DNA of 64,000 nt from a virus (taxonomy: Duplodnaviria; Heunggongvirae; Uroviricota; Caudoviricetes). The notes below the pieces were generated by a model. The model was not told the origin of the DNA and did not search any database. It saw only the letters and a program-made list of their open reading frames with translations. This document shows, piece by piece, positions 19,270 through 27,042 of this stretch. Made by a program: the position numbers and the translations under genes. The stretch spans positions 73,429 through 137,428 of IMG/VR virus record IMGVR_UViG_3300031787_000010. One strand, given 5' to 3'. Position 1 is the stretch's first letter, and each line of letters opens with the position of its first letter.

Positions 19270-20675
19270 TATGCCCTCACCAAAGTATAACGTTCCCGTG
19301 GAGTCCAATTCTCCAATAGGGTATTAATGTGTTCAATAAATAGCTCTCCCATCTTTTCAGCGGTAAACATTCCCGGCCCCATTGCATATTCACGACCAAG
19401 CATTCCACGGCGTTTCCGTTCTTCACGACCCATCTTATATAACTCCAACAATCTATCTCCAGCCTCTTCCCACGAACAACGGTCGTCAAAAATATATGGA
19501 GTCAACGGAGAACCTTGTAGTGACCGTGAGGTTGGGAAGCACGGGAATGCCCATTCACCATGTCTATTATAGCGACCATCGTGGTTACTACCCCATTCGT
19601 AGGTGAAATGCTTTTCTGGATCGAGATAGTTTCCTTCTTCGTCCATAAATCCACATTGGTCTTGTAATCCACCTGTGACGTTTACAACGATAGGTGTACC
19701 CGCTAACATACTTTCACACGTTCCCAATCCAAATCCTTCATTACTAGCGAGATTGATAGTAACGTCAGCAATATTATACATCGCATTGAGGACCAACGCA
19801 TCAACTCTTGTGTTAGAGAATACTGCTTTGATATCGGGTGTAACATCACGAATAACTGCTGGGAGGTCCGTACCGTTTTCGTCAACGGGTTGTGTATGTA
19901 ATACGATACGACACTTTTCTTGTTCTTCTTTTGTCAACTGTTTTAAGAAATGGTTATACGCAAGTAGTACATCCGAAGTCATCTTACGACGAAGATTGCG
20001 TGCATTATAGAACACTACGAAATCTACATCCTCACCACGGAACAATTCATTTTTTGTATTGGTCAATAATTCTTGACCCACGGTGTCATCGTTCTGAATT
20101 GGATAGTATTTCTTTTTATGATCAATTCCATGTGGAAGATATGTCAACGACCACGGCTTTCTCGGTTCTTTACGAGATACGTGTTTAACAATATTGTATG
20201 TTTGCTTACTGATACAGAAGATTCCGTCATCTGATCTATAAAAGTTTTCGTTGTAATATGGATATGGGAGATCATCCCAAATAGCATAAAACATCATCGG
20301 AATCTTCTGACGAATTTCGTGCTCAATTTGATAAAGCCAAATCCAATAACGAGGATCGGTAAAATGAAGAATGGCATCTGGCTTTTCCGTATCCATAAGA
20401 TACCGAATTAACATACTGTTGCCATATCCATTCTGTGCATAAATCTTTACAGACGCGTCTTGAATACCAGTTTGTTCTGATACTTGTTCGCTTATGTCTG
20501 CAACTTTTCCTTCTTCTGGATGGTTGATAGCCGCACCAACCTGCACCCAATTAAAAATTCCCGCAGTCTGTTCTACGATTTCCCTTGACATTACTCCGAT
20601 ACCAGAATGAACTCGTAAGTCATCCGAGAGTAAAAGTATTTTCTTTCTTTGTTCTTTAGGTAACCATTGCTTCAT
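19269..20675 (-). CDS. glycosyltransferase family 4 (GT-B)
   Basis: NEGFGLGTCESMLAGTPIVV E-x7-E motif. Confidence 0.65.
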   Translation of the reverse strand: MKQWLPKEQRKKILLLSDDLRVHSGIGVMSREIVEQTAGIFNWVQVGAAINHPEEGKVADISEQVSEQTGIQDASVKIYAQNGYGNSMLIRYLMDTEKPDAILHFTDPRYWIWLYQIEHEIRQKIPMMFYAIWDDLPYPYYNENFYRSDDGIFCISKQTYNIVKHVSRKEPRKPWSLTYLPHGIDHKKKYYPIQNDDTVGQELLTNTKNELFRGEDVDFVVFYNARNLRRKMTSDVLLAYNHFLKQLTKEEQEKCRIVLHTQPVDENGTDLPAVIRDVTPDIKAVFSNTRVDALVLNAMYNIADVTINLASNEGFGLGTCESMLAGTPIVVNVTGGLQDQCGFMDEEGNYLDPEKHFTYEWGSNHDGRYNRHGEWAFPCFPTSRSLQGSPLTPYIFDDRCSWEEAGDRLLELYKMGREERKRRGMLGREYAMGPGMFTAEKMGELFIEHINTLLENWTPRERYTLVRA

Positions 20676-20690
20676 GTATATAATCCTCTA

Positions 20691-20984
20691 TTATGGTGCG
20701 TTTAAATCAAATTTTGGTACGTTCTCATGTACGTGGACAAGTCCACCTGAATTCAGCGTTGGTTGAGTTATGGTTTTCACTGTCTCATTTAGATATTTCT
20801 GGACACCTTTTGCTACTCCCTCTGATATTGCGTCTGCTAATCTTTGAGCAAAATCTTTTTGTGCTTGACATGGATCTGTGGATTGCTCATATCCTTCAGC
20901 ACATCCATACCAGTTAATCGCTGTAAAGATTCTTTGTTCTAGCGTACCTGCTCCTAGAATGTCACTCTTTAAAGTACTAGACAT
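20691..20984 (-). CDS. hypothetical protein (97 aa)
   Basis: ORF preceded by a GGAG RBS. Confidence 0.4.
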   Translation of the reverse strand: MSSTLKSDILGAGTLEQRIFTAINWYGCAEGYEQSTDPCQAQKDFAQRLADAISEGVAKGVQKYLNETVKTITQPTLNSGGLVHVHENVPKFDLNAP

Positions 20985-21174
20985 AATTTCTCCTTATAGG
21001 ATAACACTACCACTCATACTCGCCGATATTAGACCCAACCAATATTTTTCGGTAATAGTCGCAGCAACCCATCCGTTCTGGTCACAAATTGTGCGAACAT
21101 ACTCATTAATATCTTTACGAATTTGAATTGTAGTATATTGTTTTTTATTTTTCTTAGCCATAATATTCTCTACG

Positions 21175-21193
21175 TTCTATAGAGTTCTATAGA
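21175..21193 (-). promoter_or_regulatory. tandem operator-like site: two 10-bp repeats, each containing the palindrome TCTATAGA
   Basis: TTCTATAGAG-TTCTATAGAT with a period of 10 bp, upstream of a coupled small ORF (20994..21152) and the 20691..20984 gene. Confidence 0.4.
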
Positions 21194-21219
21194 TAAGTAT
21201 CATTCAAAGTCACCAAACA

Positions 21220-22287
21220 TCAAATTCCATTTGGAGTTTCTGACCAAACAATAGTAAATCCACTTGTACACGTTTCTGTTAATATACCATTAACAAAATT
21301 TCTAAAGTTATCGAAGCTGGAAAACTTCTCCAGTTTCCCGTCAAGAATGATACCAAAATGTCCTACCTGTTTCAATACATCTGCTTTGTTGATAATGACT
21401 TGTGTAACGCCATTGATATTAGCAGCCATTATCACTCGGTCAAGATTCATCCAATTTACTTTACGTGGGCGGCCTGTAGTTGCTCCGAACTCAGCACCGA
21501 CGCGTTGAATTTCTTGGAAGATAGGGTCAGCTTCGTTTGTATAGTCAGTTCTGTTTCCGACATATGTTTCATATGCTTTCATCGTACCAATTACTTTTCG
21601 AATACGACGAGGTGGTATACCATTTAGAACAGATGACCCAACTGTACAATGTGAACTGGTGACGTATGGATAATCACCCCAATCAATATCAAGATGAAAT
21701 CCTTGCGCACCCTCACACAACACACGATACTTGTGAAAATCTTCGTGGAGTAATTTATAAACATCGATAACTTGAAATAATTCAGATGGTCTAACCTGTA
21801 AATCTCCCATACGAACACCACTACGACCGTACTTGTCACGATACGCAGGACCGATACCTTGGCGTGTTGTACCAATCTTTACATCAGAACCATCCTCTTC
21901 AAGATGTTTATCTAACACTAGGTGAGCGCGTTTATCAACGAATATCAATCCATCTGTTTTAAATCCGGCATCGTTTAGTTCTTTAATTTCTGATTCTAGC
22001 TTGGGTATATTTACAACACAACCAGGCCCAATCACACTTTTTTTACCGTAGAGCACACCAACAGGCACCTGATGCGTCACAACCTTTTGTCCGTTGTGGT
22101 ACACCGTGTGCCCAGCGTTTGCTCCACCATTGTATCGTAGCACTATATTATAATCATCTGATGATGCTAATGCATGTGCTACTTTCCCTTTACCAGTATC
22201 TCCGTACTGAAGGTCTACGATTACATCTGCGTATACTAATCCCATATCACCCTCTACTGTATCTATCTCGTACTCGAACCAAATCAT
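21220..22287 (-). CDS. adenylosuccinate-synthetase (PurA) family protein, short form; candidate PurZ
   Basis: P-loop YGDTGKGK (PurA has GDEGKGK); GGANAGH (PurA has GGHNAGH); GTTRQGIGP, CEGAQG, YPYVTSS, GATTGRPRK, NKADVL. 355 aa versus about 430 for PurA, with the C-terminus truncated. Confidence 0.8.
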   Translation of the reverse strand: MIWFEYEIDTVEGDMGLVYADVIVDLQYGDTGKGKVAHALASSDDYNIVLRYNGGANAGHTVYHNGQKVVTHQVPVGVLYGKKSVIGPGCVVNIPKLESEIKELNDAGFKTDGLIFVDKRAHLVLDKHLEEDGSDVKIGTTRQGIGPAYRDKYGRSGVRMGDLQVRPSELFQVIDVYKLLHEDFHKYRVLCEGAQGFHLDIDWGDYPYVTSSHCTVGSSVLNGIPPRRIRKVIGTMKAYETYVGNRTDYTNEADPIFQEIQRVGAEFGATTGRPRKVNWMNLDRVIMAANINGVTQVIINKADVLKQVGHFGIILDGKLEKFSSFDNFRNFVNGILTETCTSGFTIVWSETPNGI

Positions 22288-22606
22288 CCAGATGGTTCGT
22301 TGATGCTTCTAAAATTTCCATATCCGTAATTGCTTCTACGTTATGAATTTGTGTGGGAGGAATATGCACCGCATCACCTTCCGATACAATCATTTCCTTG
22401 GTGACCACAGGACGTGCATCTTCCAATTTATAGAAACGAATATATCCCTTACCCGACAATACATACATCGTTTCATCCTTGTGGTGATGATACTGAATAC
22501 TCAATGCTTCCCCACAATTGACCTTCAAAATCTTTCCCACATAATGTTCTGTATGGGCCCAAATTGTTTCGGAACCCCACGGCTTTTCTACAAATTTAAC
22601 TTGCAT
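22247..22606 (-). CDS. cupin-domain protein (type II phosphomannose-isomerase-like)
   Basis: WGSETIWAHTEHYVGKILKV..G..LSIQYHHHKDETMYVLSG cupin motifs. Confidence 0.6.
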   Translation of the reverse strand: MQVKFVEKPWGSETIWAHTEHYVGKILKVNCGEALSIQYHHHKDETMYVLSGKGYIRFYKLEDARPVVTKEMIVSEGDAVHIPPTQIHNVEAITDMEILEASTNHLDDLVRVRDRYSRG

Positions 22607-22897
22607 TTATACCCCCAAAAATGTTGCTGAAATCCAGATACCTACATAACTCCCCACGACACTACCCATAGCATAACCAGCCCATTGGTGAAAATTATCT
22701 TGACCATGAGCAATACGACGAATAACAAAGAATTGAATAGACGCTAACATGAAATCACTCATTGCTGCGGTGTGATAGTGTGTATCTGCTACAGCACGAA
22801 AGTTAATACACCAGATTGCATAATTCAAGACCTGAATTACAAATAGGATTCCCGCTTCTTTTAGTTTAGTGATAATCATACGATTCAAACGCCTCAA
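22607..22897 (-). CDS. small membrane protein
   Basis: Hydrophobic 96-aa ORF. Confidence 0.35.
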   Translation of the reverse strand: MRRLNRMIITKLKEAGILFVIQVLNYAIWCINFRAVADTHYHTAAMSDFMLASIQFFVIRRIAHGQDNFHQWAGYAMGSVVGSYVGIWISATFLGV

Positions 22898-23282
22898 TTA
22901 TAAGTTCTTCATTAATATCTGTATATTTGTTTAATAGTTCCATTTCTTTTCTGACAAACTTTTTATCGTGGTAGTCGAATCCCATGCCGTGTACTAGTTC
23001 GTGAATCAATGTTAGAATATCCCTTTGGGTTTTTACTAACTCAATTGTTTCACCATCACACCAACTATATCTTACACCACCGTGAGGAGTGCCAATGCCA
23101 AATCGGATTTGTGGCATGTCGGATTTGATGTTTTCTTTCTTCCAAATTTTCTTCGCCAGACTCAACAAAAACTTATACGGACGTTGCTTGGTGATATTAC
23201 TATATCGCCGGTCACAATACATGTCACCTTCTAACTTATAAAGACGGCGAGTATCTATCATTCTACGATATACTAATTTCAT
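22866..23282 (-). CDS. small HExxH zinc-metallopeptidase-like protein
   Basis: HELVHGMGFDYH motif. Confidence 0.45.
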   Translation of the reverse strand: MKLVYRRMIDTRRLYKLEGDMYCDRRYSNITKQRPYKFLLSLAKKIWKKENIKSDMPQIRFGIGTPHGGVRYSWCDGETIELVKTQRDILTLIHELVHGMGFDYHDKKFVRKEMELLNKYTDINEELIIEAFESYDYH

Positions 23283-23292
23283 AAATAACCTC

Positions 23293-24657
23293 TTAATTAT
23301 TTTCCATAAAGAACTTCAAATCTTCCGGCGTTCCCAATCCCCACATCACAGGGACATCGAATGTCTTGATCTTCTTTCCAGCACCAATCGCTTCATTGAA
23401 TACAGGACACACATAAAACTCGTTATTAACCCGAATATTCTTTTCAATCATTTGTTCTGCGAACCGAACATAATCGCTTCCATGCTTCCAGTAATAGATA
23501 CCCACGGTCGCAATATCGGAGATAGGATTCTTCTCTGCAACTTCGGTGACAAATCCATGTTCGTTAATCCTAGCAAACGACCACTTTGGATGGGTTGATT
23601 TGAATGTCACAATCCCACCATCAAGGTTCTGTTCAACCATCTTATACATAAACTCATTGCTATCCCATTCAACATACTGGTCAGAATTAGCCATCAACAA
23701 TGGTGCGTCGGTATTAATATGTTCTCTTGCCAATAGTGTAGTACATGCCGCACCCTCGGTAATTCCATCGACCTCCACAATCTTACAGTTAGGCGTGATA
23801 AGATTCAACAGCGTATCAAGGTTATACTTGGTACGATGTTCTTTCTGTACGACATAAATGAAAGTTGCCTCAACGTTCAAGTTTTCCGCAACAACCTGAA
23901 TCATTGGCTTTCCCCGTACATCAATCAATGGTTTTGGGAAAGTATATCCTGCTTGCTGGAAGCGACTTCCCGCACCAGCCATCGGTATCAATACGTTCAT
24001 CTTATCACCTTGCCACTTTGGCATCACCATTATACTTGTTTGATTTAATTTTTCGTATATCTTTTCTTCCGTCAAATCTTTTGGATTATTGACACGTAGT
24101 ACATTAGCTCGACTACGTGCAGCTGCCAACAATCCCGGCGGACTATCTTCGACAATTAATGTTTCTTCCGGCAAAACCCCCATCGTACTCATTGCTTTCC
24201 AGTACATTTCAGGATGGGGTTTACTGTTCTTTACATCTTCATTTGAAATAATCAAGTCCATATACTCAATTAATCCCATCTTAGCCAAGACTGTCAATAC
24301 AGTCCGGCGGATGGAATTAGAACAACATGCAATCTTATATTTTTCACTGATCAATCTTTTGAACAGCAGTTGCAATCGTGTATCAATCGTAAGACCACCT
24401 AACGCTTCTAACGTTTTACTCTGTTTACATTTCCAAATTGGTTCGTGGAATCCCTCTGGCAATCCTTTATTTGCTGTAAGTATTTCCAACTTTTCATTGG
24501 TTTTACGACCATCATATACCGACAGATGTTCTTCCCATCCAATCACCCACTTGGGATTATTTGTGACTTCAAGTATTGCGTTGTTGAGGGATTGATAATG
24601 AATCTCTTTGGCCTCTACCAACACCCCGTCCAAATCAAATATAACTAACTTAATCAC
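23293..24657 (-). CDS. bifunctional HAD-family phosphatase/phosphomutase + sugar-phosphate nucleotidyltransferase
   Basis: N-terminal HAD motif I MIKLVIFDLDGVLVE. C-terminal NTP-transferase motif MNVLIPMAGAGSRFQQAGYTFPKPLI. Confidence 0.75.
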   Translation of the reverse strand: MIKLVIFDLDGVLVEAKEIHYQSLNNAILEVTNNPKWVIGWEEHLSVYDGRKTNEKLEILTANKGLPEGFHEPIWKCKQSKTLEALGGLTIDTRLQLLFKRLISEKYKIACCSNSIRRTVLTVLAKMGLIEYMDLIISNEDVKNSKPHPEMYWKAMSTMGVLPEETLIVEDSPPGLLAAARSRANVLRVNNPKDLTEEKIYEKLNQTSIMVMPKWQGDKMNVLIPMAGAGSRFQQAGYTFPKPLIDVRGKPMIQVVAENLNVEATFIYVVQKEHRTKYNLDTLLNLITPNCKIVEVDGITEGAACTTLLAREHINTDAPLLMANSDQYVEWDSNEFMYKMVEQNLDGGIVTFKSTHPKWSFARINEHGFVTEVAEKNPISDIATVGIYYWKHGSDYVRFAEQMIEKNIRVNNEFYVCPVFNEAIGAGKKIKTFDVPVMWGLGTPEDLKFFMENN

Positions 24658-25265
24658 AGATGCGTCTCCTTAATATAATCCCAACACATAATATTCATTG
24701 CCGCACTGACGTTAAACGAACGAAGGACTCCACGTTGCGGAATACTCAACTTATAGAAGTGTGGATTGTTTATTACTACTTCTGGTAGCCCGTGACTCTC
24801 CGAACCGAACACGAACAACGGATTCTTCAATTCCTTATACATCGGCGTGGACATATATGAACCAATTTCAACACCACCATGTTCACACAAGACCACGCTA
24901 TTCCACTTCAGCAAATACTCCAATCGTTCGTTGATTTCGGTATCCGCGTGTATCGGGTCATCAAACGTATACTGGACGATATTAATGTATTTCTCAGCCC
25001 CTACTGTGGACCGCTTATCGAATTTCTTTCGTCCAAAGATATAAAAGTTCTCTGCACCCAATAGACACGCAGACCGAATCATCATTCCGATATTGAGTTC
25101 ACCCGTAATGTTGATACACGCCACGGAGAACCGACGCTGTTCACTCATCGTGATAGCGACATTCTGTTCGTAGGTATTCGTCTTATACTCATCACGAACG
25201 TTGTAATGATTACTAGCCGTATCGGCAATAATCTTACTATAGTTCACCATTGGATTTTCTTTCAT
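24654..25265 (-). CDS. SpoU/TrmH-family RNA 2'-O-ribose methyltransferase
   Basis: SPOUT motifs LVFGSESHGLP and IPQRGVLRSFNVSAAMNIMCW. Start moved to the Met at 25265 (MKENPMVNY), which has a GAGG RBS and the promoter immediately upstream. Confidence 0.75.
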   Translation of the reverse strand: MKENPMVNYSKIIADTASNHYNVRDEYKTNTYEQNVAITMSEQRRFSVACINITGELNIGMMIRSACLLGAENFYIFGRKKFDKRSTVGAEKYINIVQYTFDDPIHADTEINERLEYLLKWNSVVLCEHGGVEIGSYMSTPMYKELKNPLFVFGSESHGLPEVVINNPHFYKLSIPQRGVLRSFNVSAAMNIMCWDYIKETHL

Positions 25266-25293
25266 AGAAATGACCTCGCAGAAGTATACTCTA

Positions 25294-25322
25294 AATATAC
25301 CATCTGCGAGGCCACTTGTCAA
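25294..25322 (-). promoter_or_regulatory. sigma70 consensus promoter TTGACA-N17-TATATT upstream of the SpoU-like gene
   Basis: The -10 is bracketed by the 9-bp inverted repeat CCTCGCAGA/TCTGCGAGG (25274-25282 and 25303-25311). Confidence 0.5.
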
Positions 25323-25327
25323 GTCTA

Positions 25328-25654
25328 TTAAATACCATTTAATTTGGTACATTCAAAGTTTAGCCCATACGAAATCCTATAATAAGGATATATTAGTCTG
25401 TCTATAAGGGGGAAACAATATAAATCTTTTTTATAGCCCCGTAGGATTACTTCAACCGTATCAGCTTTTCTAGCATACCCAATATCAGTTGAATCAATAT
25501 CGGCGAATAACGTATGATTTTTGTGGTAAATCGTTTTTTGATTTTTGTTGACAATGACTTCCAAACTATCATATGTTTTTCTGTCGTAGGAATAAACGAC
25601 TTTAATTTGACTTGTCTGTAGAGCGAGACTAAACGTTATAGCTTTTATGAACAC
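25328..25654 (-). CDS. hypothetical protein (108 aa)
   Basis: ORF between the secreted protein gene and the SpoU promoter. Confidence 0.3.
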   Translation of the reverse strand: MFIKAITFSLALQTSQIKVVYSYDRKTYDSLEVIVNKNQKTIYHKNHTLFADIDSTDIGYARKADTVEVILRGYKKDLYCFPLIDRLIYPYYRISYGLNFECTKLNGI

Positions 25655-26262
25655 ACTTCGTTCTCAATCGTTCCGCCCGTAGTTGTCCACGACAAACACA
25701 TTTTATTTGCCACTCGTTGCTTTGCTCCACCAGTAGAACGTTGGTCCACGGGAATTGTATTGTAGTATTCAATACACTTTGGAATAACCAAATCTCTATC
25801 TCGCATTACTGTAGTACCATCTGCAAACTTAATGAAGGCGCAAAACTGTACTTGACGAGTGACGCTCGTTGAATCAATAGTGACTGTTTTAGGATACACC
25901 GACAATCCGCTGGGTACATAGTATGCATCTGCGTCGAAATAGAAATTCACATTTGCCGGCGGACTTACAATATTTCTACGGACGTTTACCAACAAGAATC
26001 TGTATGTGGTTGTGTCGGTTGGAATAGTAAATCGAATAGTGTCTGGTGACTGTGTTCGTCTGTATAAGATTGGAACCGTATCACTCGACAGAAAGACTGC
26101 TACCATCGTACTATCAACCGCCTCTCGTTGTGTCCAAGTCAATTGAAATGCAATTTGTCGAGAGGCGGTTAACATACTGACCGATGCGACCGGTCGGGTT
26201 GGTTGTGCATATGCTGTAGTGGAAATCACTAATGTTGCAAGAATACTAGATAACCATTTCAT
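25645..26262 (-). CDS. secreted protein with a Sec signal peptide
   Basis: MKWLSSILATLVISTTAYA|QP signal peptide. Thr/Ser-rich. Confidence 0.5.
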   Translation of the reverse strand: MKWLSSILATLVISTTAYAQPTRPVASVSMLTASRQIAFQLTWTQREAVDSTMVAVFLSSDTVPILYRRTQSPDTIRFTIPTDTTTYRFLLVNVRRNIVSPPANVNFYFDADAYYVPSGLSVYPKTVTIDSTSVTRQVQFCAFIKFADGTTVMRDRDLVIPKCIEYYNTIPVDQRSTGGAKQRVANKMCLSWTTTGGTIENEVCS

Positions 26263-26278
26263 AGTAACCTCGTAAATA

Positions 26279-26941
26279 CTATTGTGGAATAATCGTTAAG
26301 TAGGTGGTGTTTCCTAGTTTGTATATACTAACTCCATTTTTGTAACTTCCAAACATAGAGTTGTACGATTGTTCATTTATCAATCTTGTATTTGCATTAT
26401 TTTGAAATAGGACAGATGACATACTTCCTATTACGGGCGCAGCTGGTATTACAATGGTATCCACCTTAATAGAGTCAGGTGGTAACGGTGCTCGGTCGCC
26501 TCTTCTTACAAAGAGCTTTCCAATTCCAGGCGTTGTGGATTGTAAACTACGACGAACTGACCACACGTTCGACGTAAGTGTAACCGTATCGTTTATCTTT
26601 TTTAGGGAAATACGAACAGTATCGGCCAATCCATTTACCTGCTTAAGTGTAGGTAAATTTCCAGTAGTAGAGTCTGTTACGACTTTTGATGATACCATCG
26701 TGTGTCTGTAAAATTCTGGTGCACCAAATGGGTCATTTGGAGCTTTCCACGAAACACGAATATTGATGTTCGTGTCCGTGGCGGTGATGATACTAGACAA
26801 CATCGAAAATGATACTCCAGCGTCATCCGGCGGTATTACTGGGTCTACCGCTTGTGTTGATGAGTCTGAACACGCATACAGAACCGTAATTGCAATAAAA
26901 AGAATACCTTTGAGCTTTGCAGAAACTCCGTTGCGAGTCAT
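26279..26941 (-). CDS. putative lipoprotein
   Basis: Lipobox LYAC after an N-terminal hydrophobic region. Confidence 0.5.
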   Translation of the reverse strand: MTRNGVSAKLKGILFIAITVLYACSDSSTQAVDPVIPPDDAGVSFSMLSSIITATDTNINIRVSWKAPNDPFGAPEFYRHTMVSSKVVTDSTTGNLPTLKQVNGLADTVRISLKKINDTVTLTSNVWSVRRSLQSTTPGIGKLFVRRGDRAPLPPDSIKVDTIVIPAAPVIGSMSSVLFQNNANTRLINEQSYNSMFGSYKNGVSIYKLGNTTYLTIIPQ

Positions 26942-26984
26942 ACAATAAACCTCTGGTCATTTTGTGGAAATAACCATTAGTATC

Positions 26985-27006
26985 TATAAATAGTAATGTA
27001 TTACTA
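26985..27006 (-). promoter_or_regulatory. plus-strand TATAAATA motif overlapping the 7-2-7 palindrome TAGTAAT-GT-ATTACTA, upstream of the lipoprotein gene
   Basis: Seen directly in the sequence. Confidence 0.3.
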
Positions 27007-27042
27007 TCTAGTCCTATACTATGTTTATTATATTTTCTTAAT

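Noticed and set aside
20878-21126. Plus-strand ORF of 82 aa in the PurA-downstream gap
   Set aside because: Overlaps the minus-strand small ORF and the operator-like repeats. Polarity and coupling favour the minus strand.
21220-22287. Reading the PurA homolog as an ordinary host-derived adenylosuccinate synthetase
   Set aside because: Not fully excluded. It is disfavoured by the 75-80-residue C-terminal truncation and by substitutions in two catalytic motifs; phylogeny is needed to settle it.
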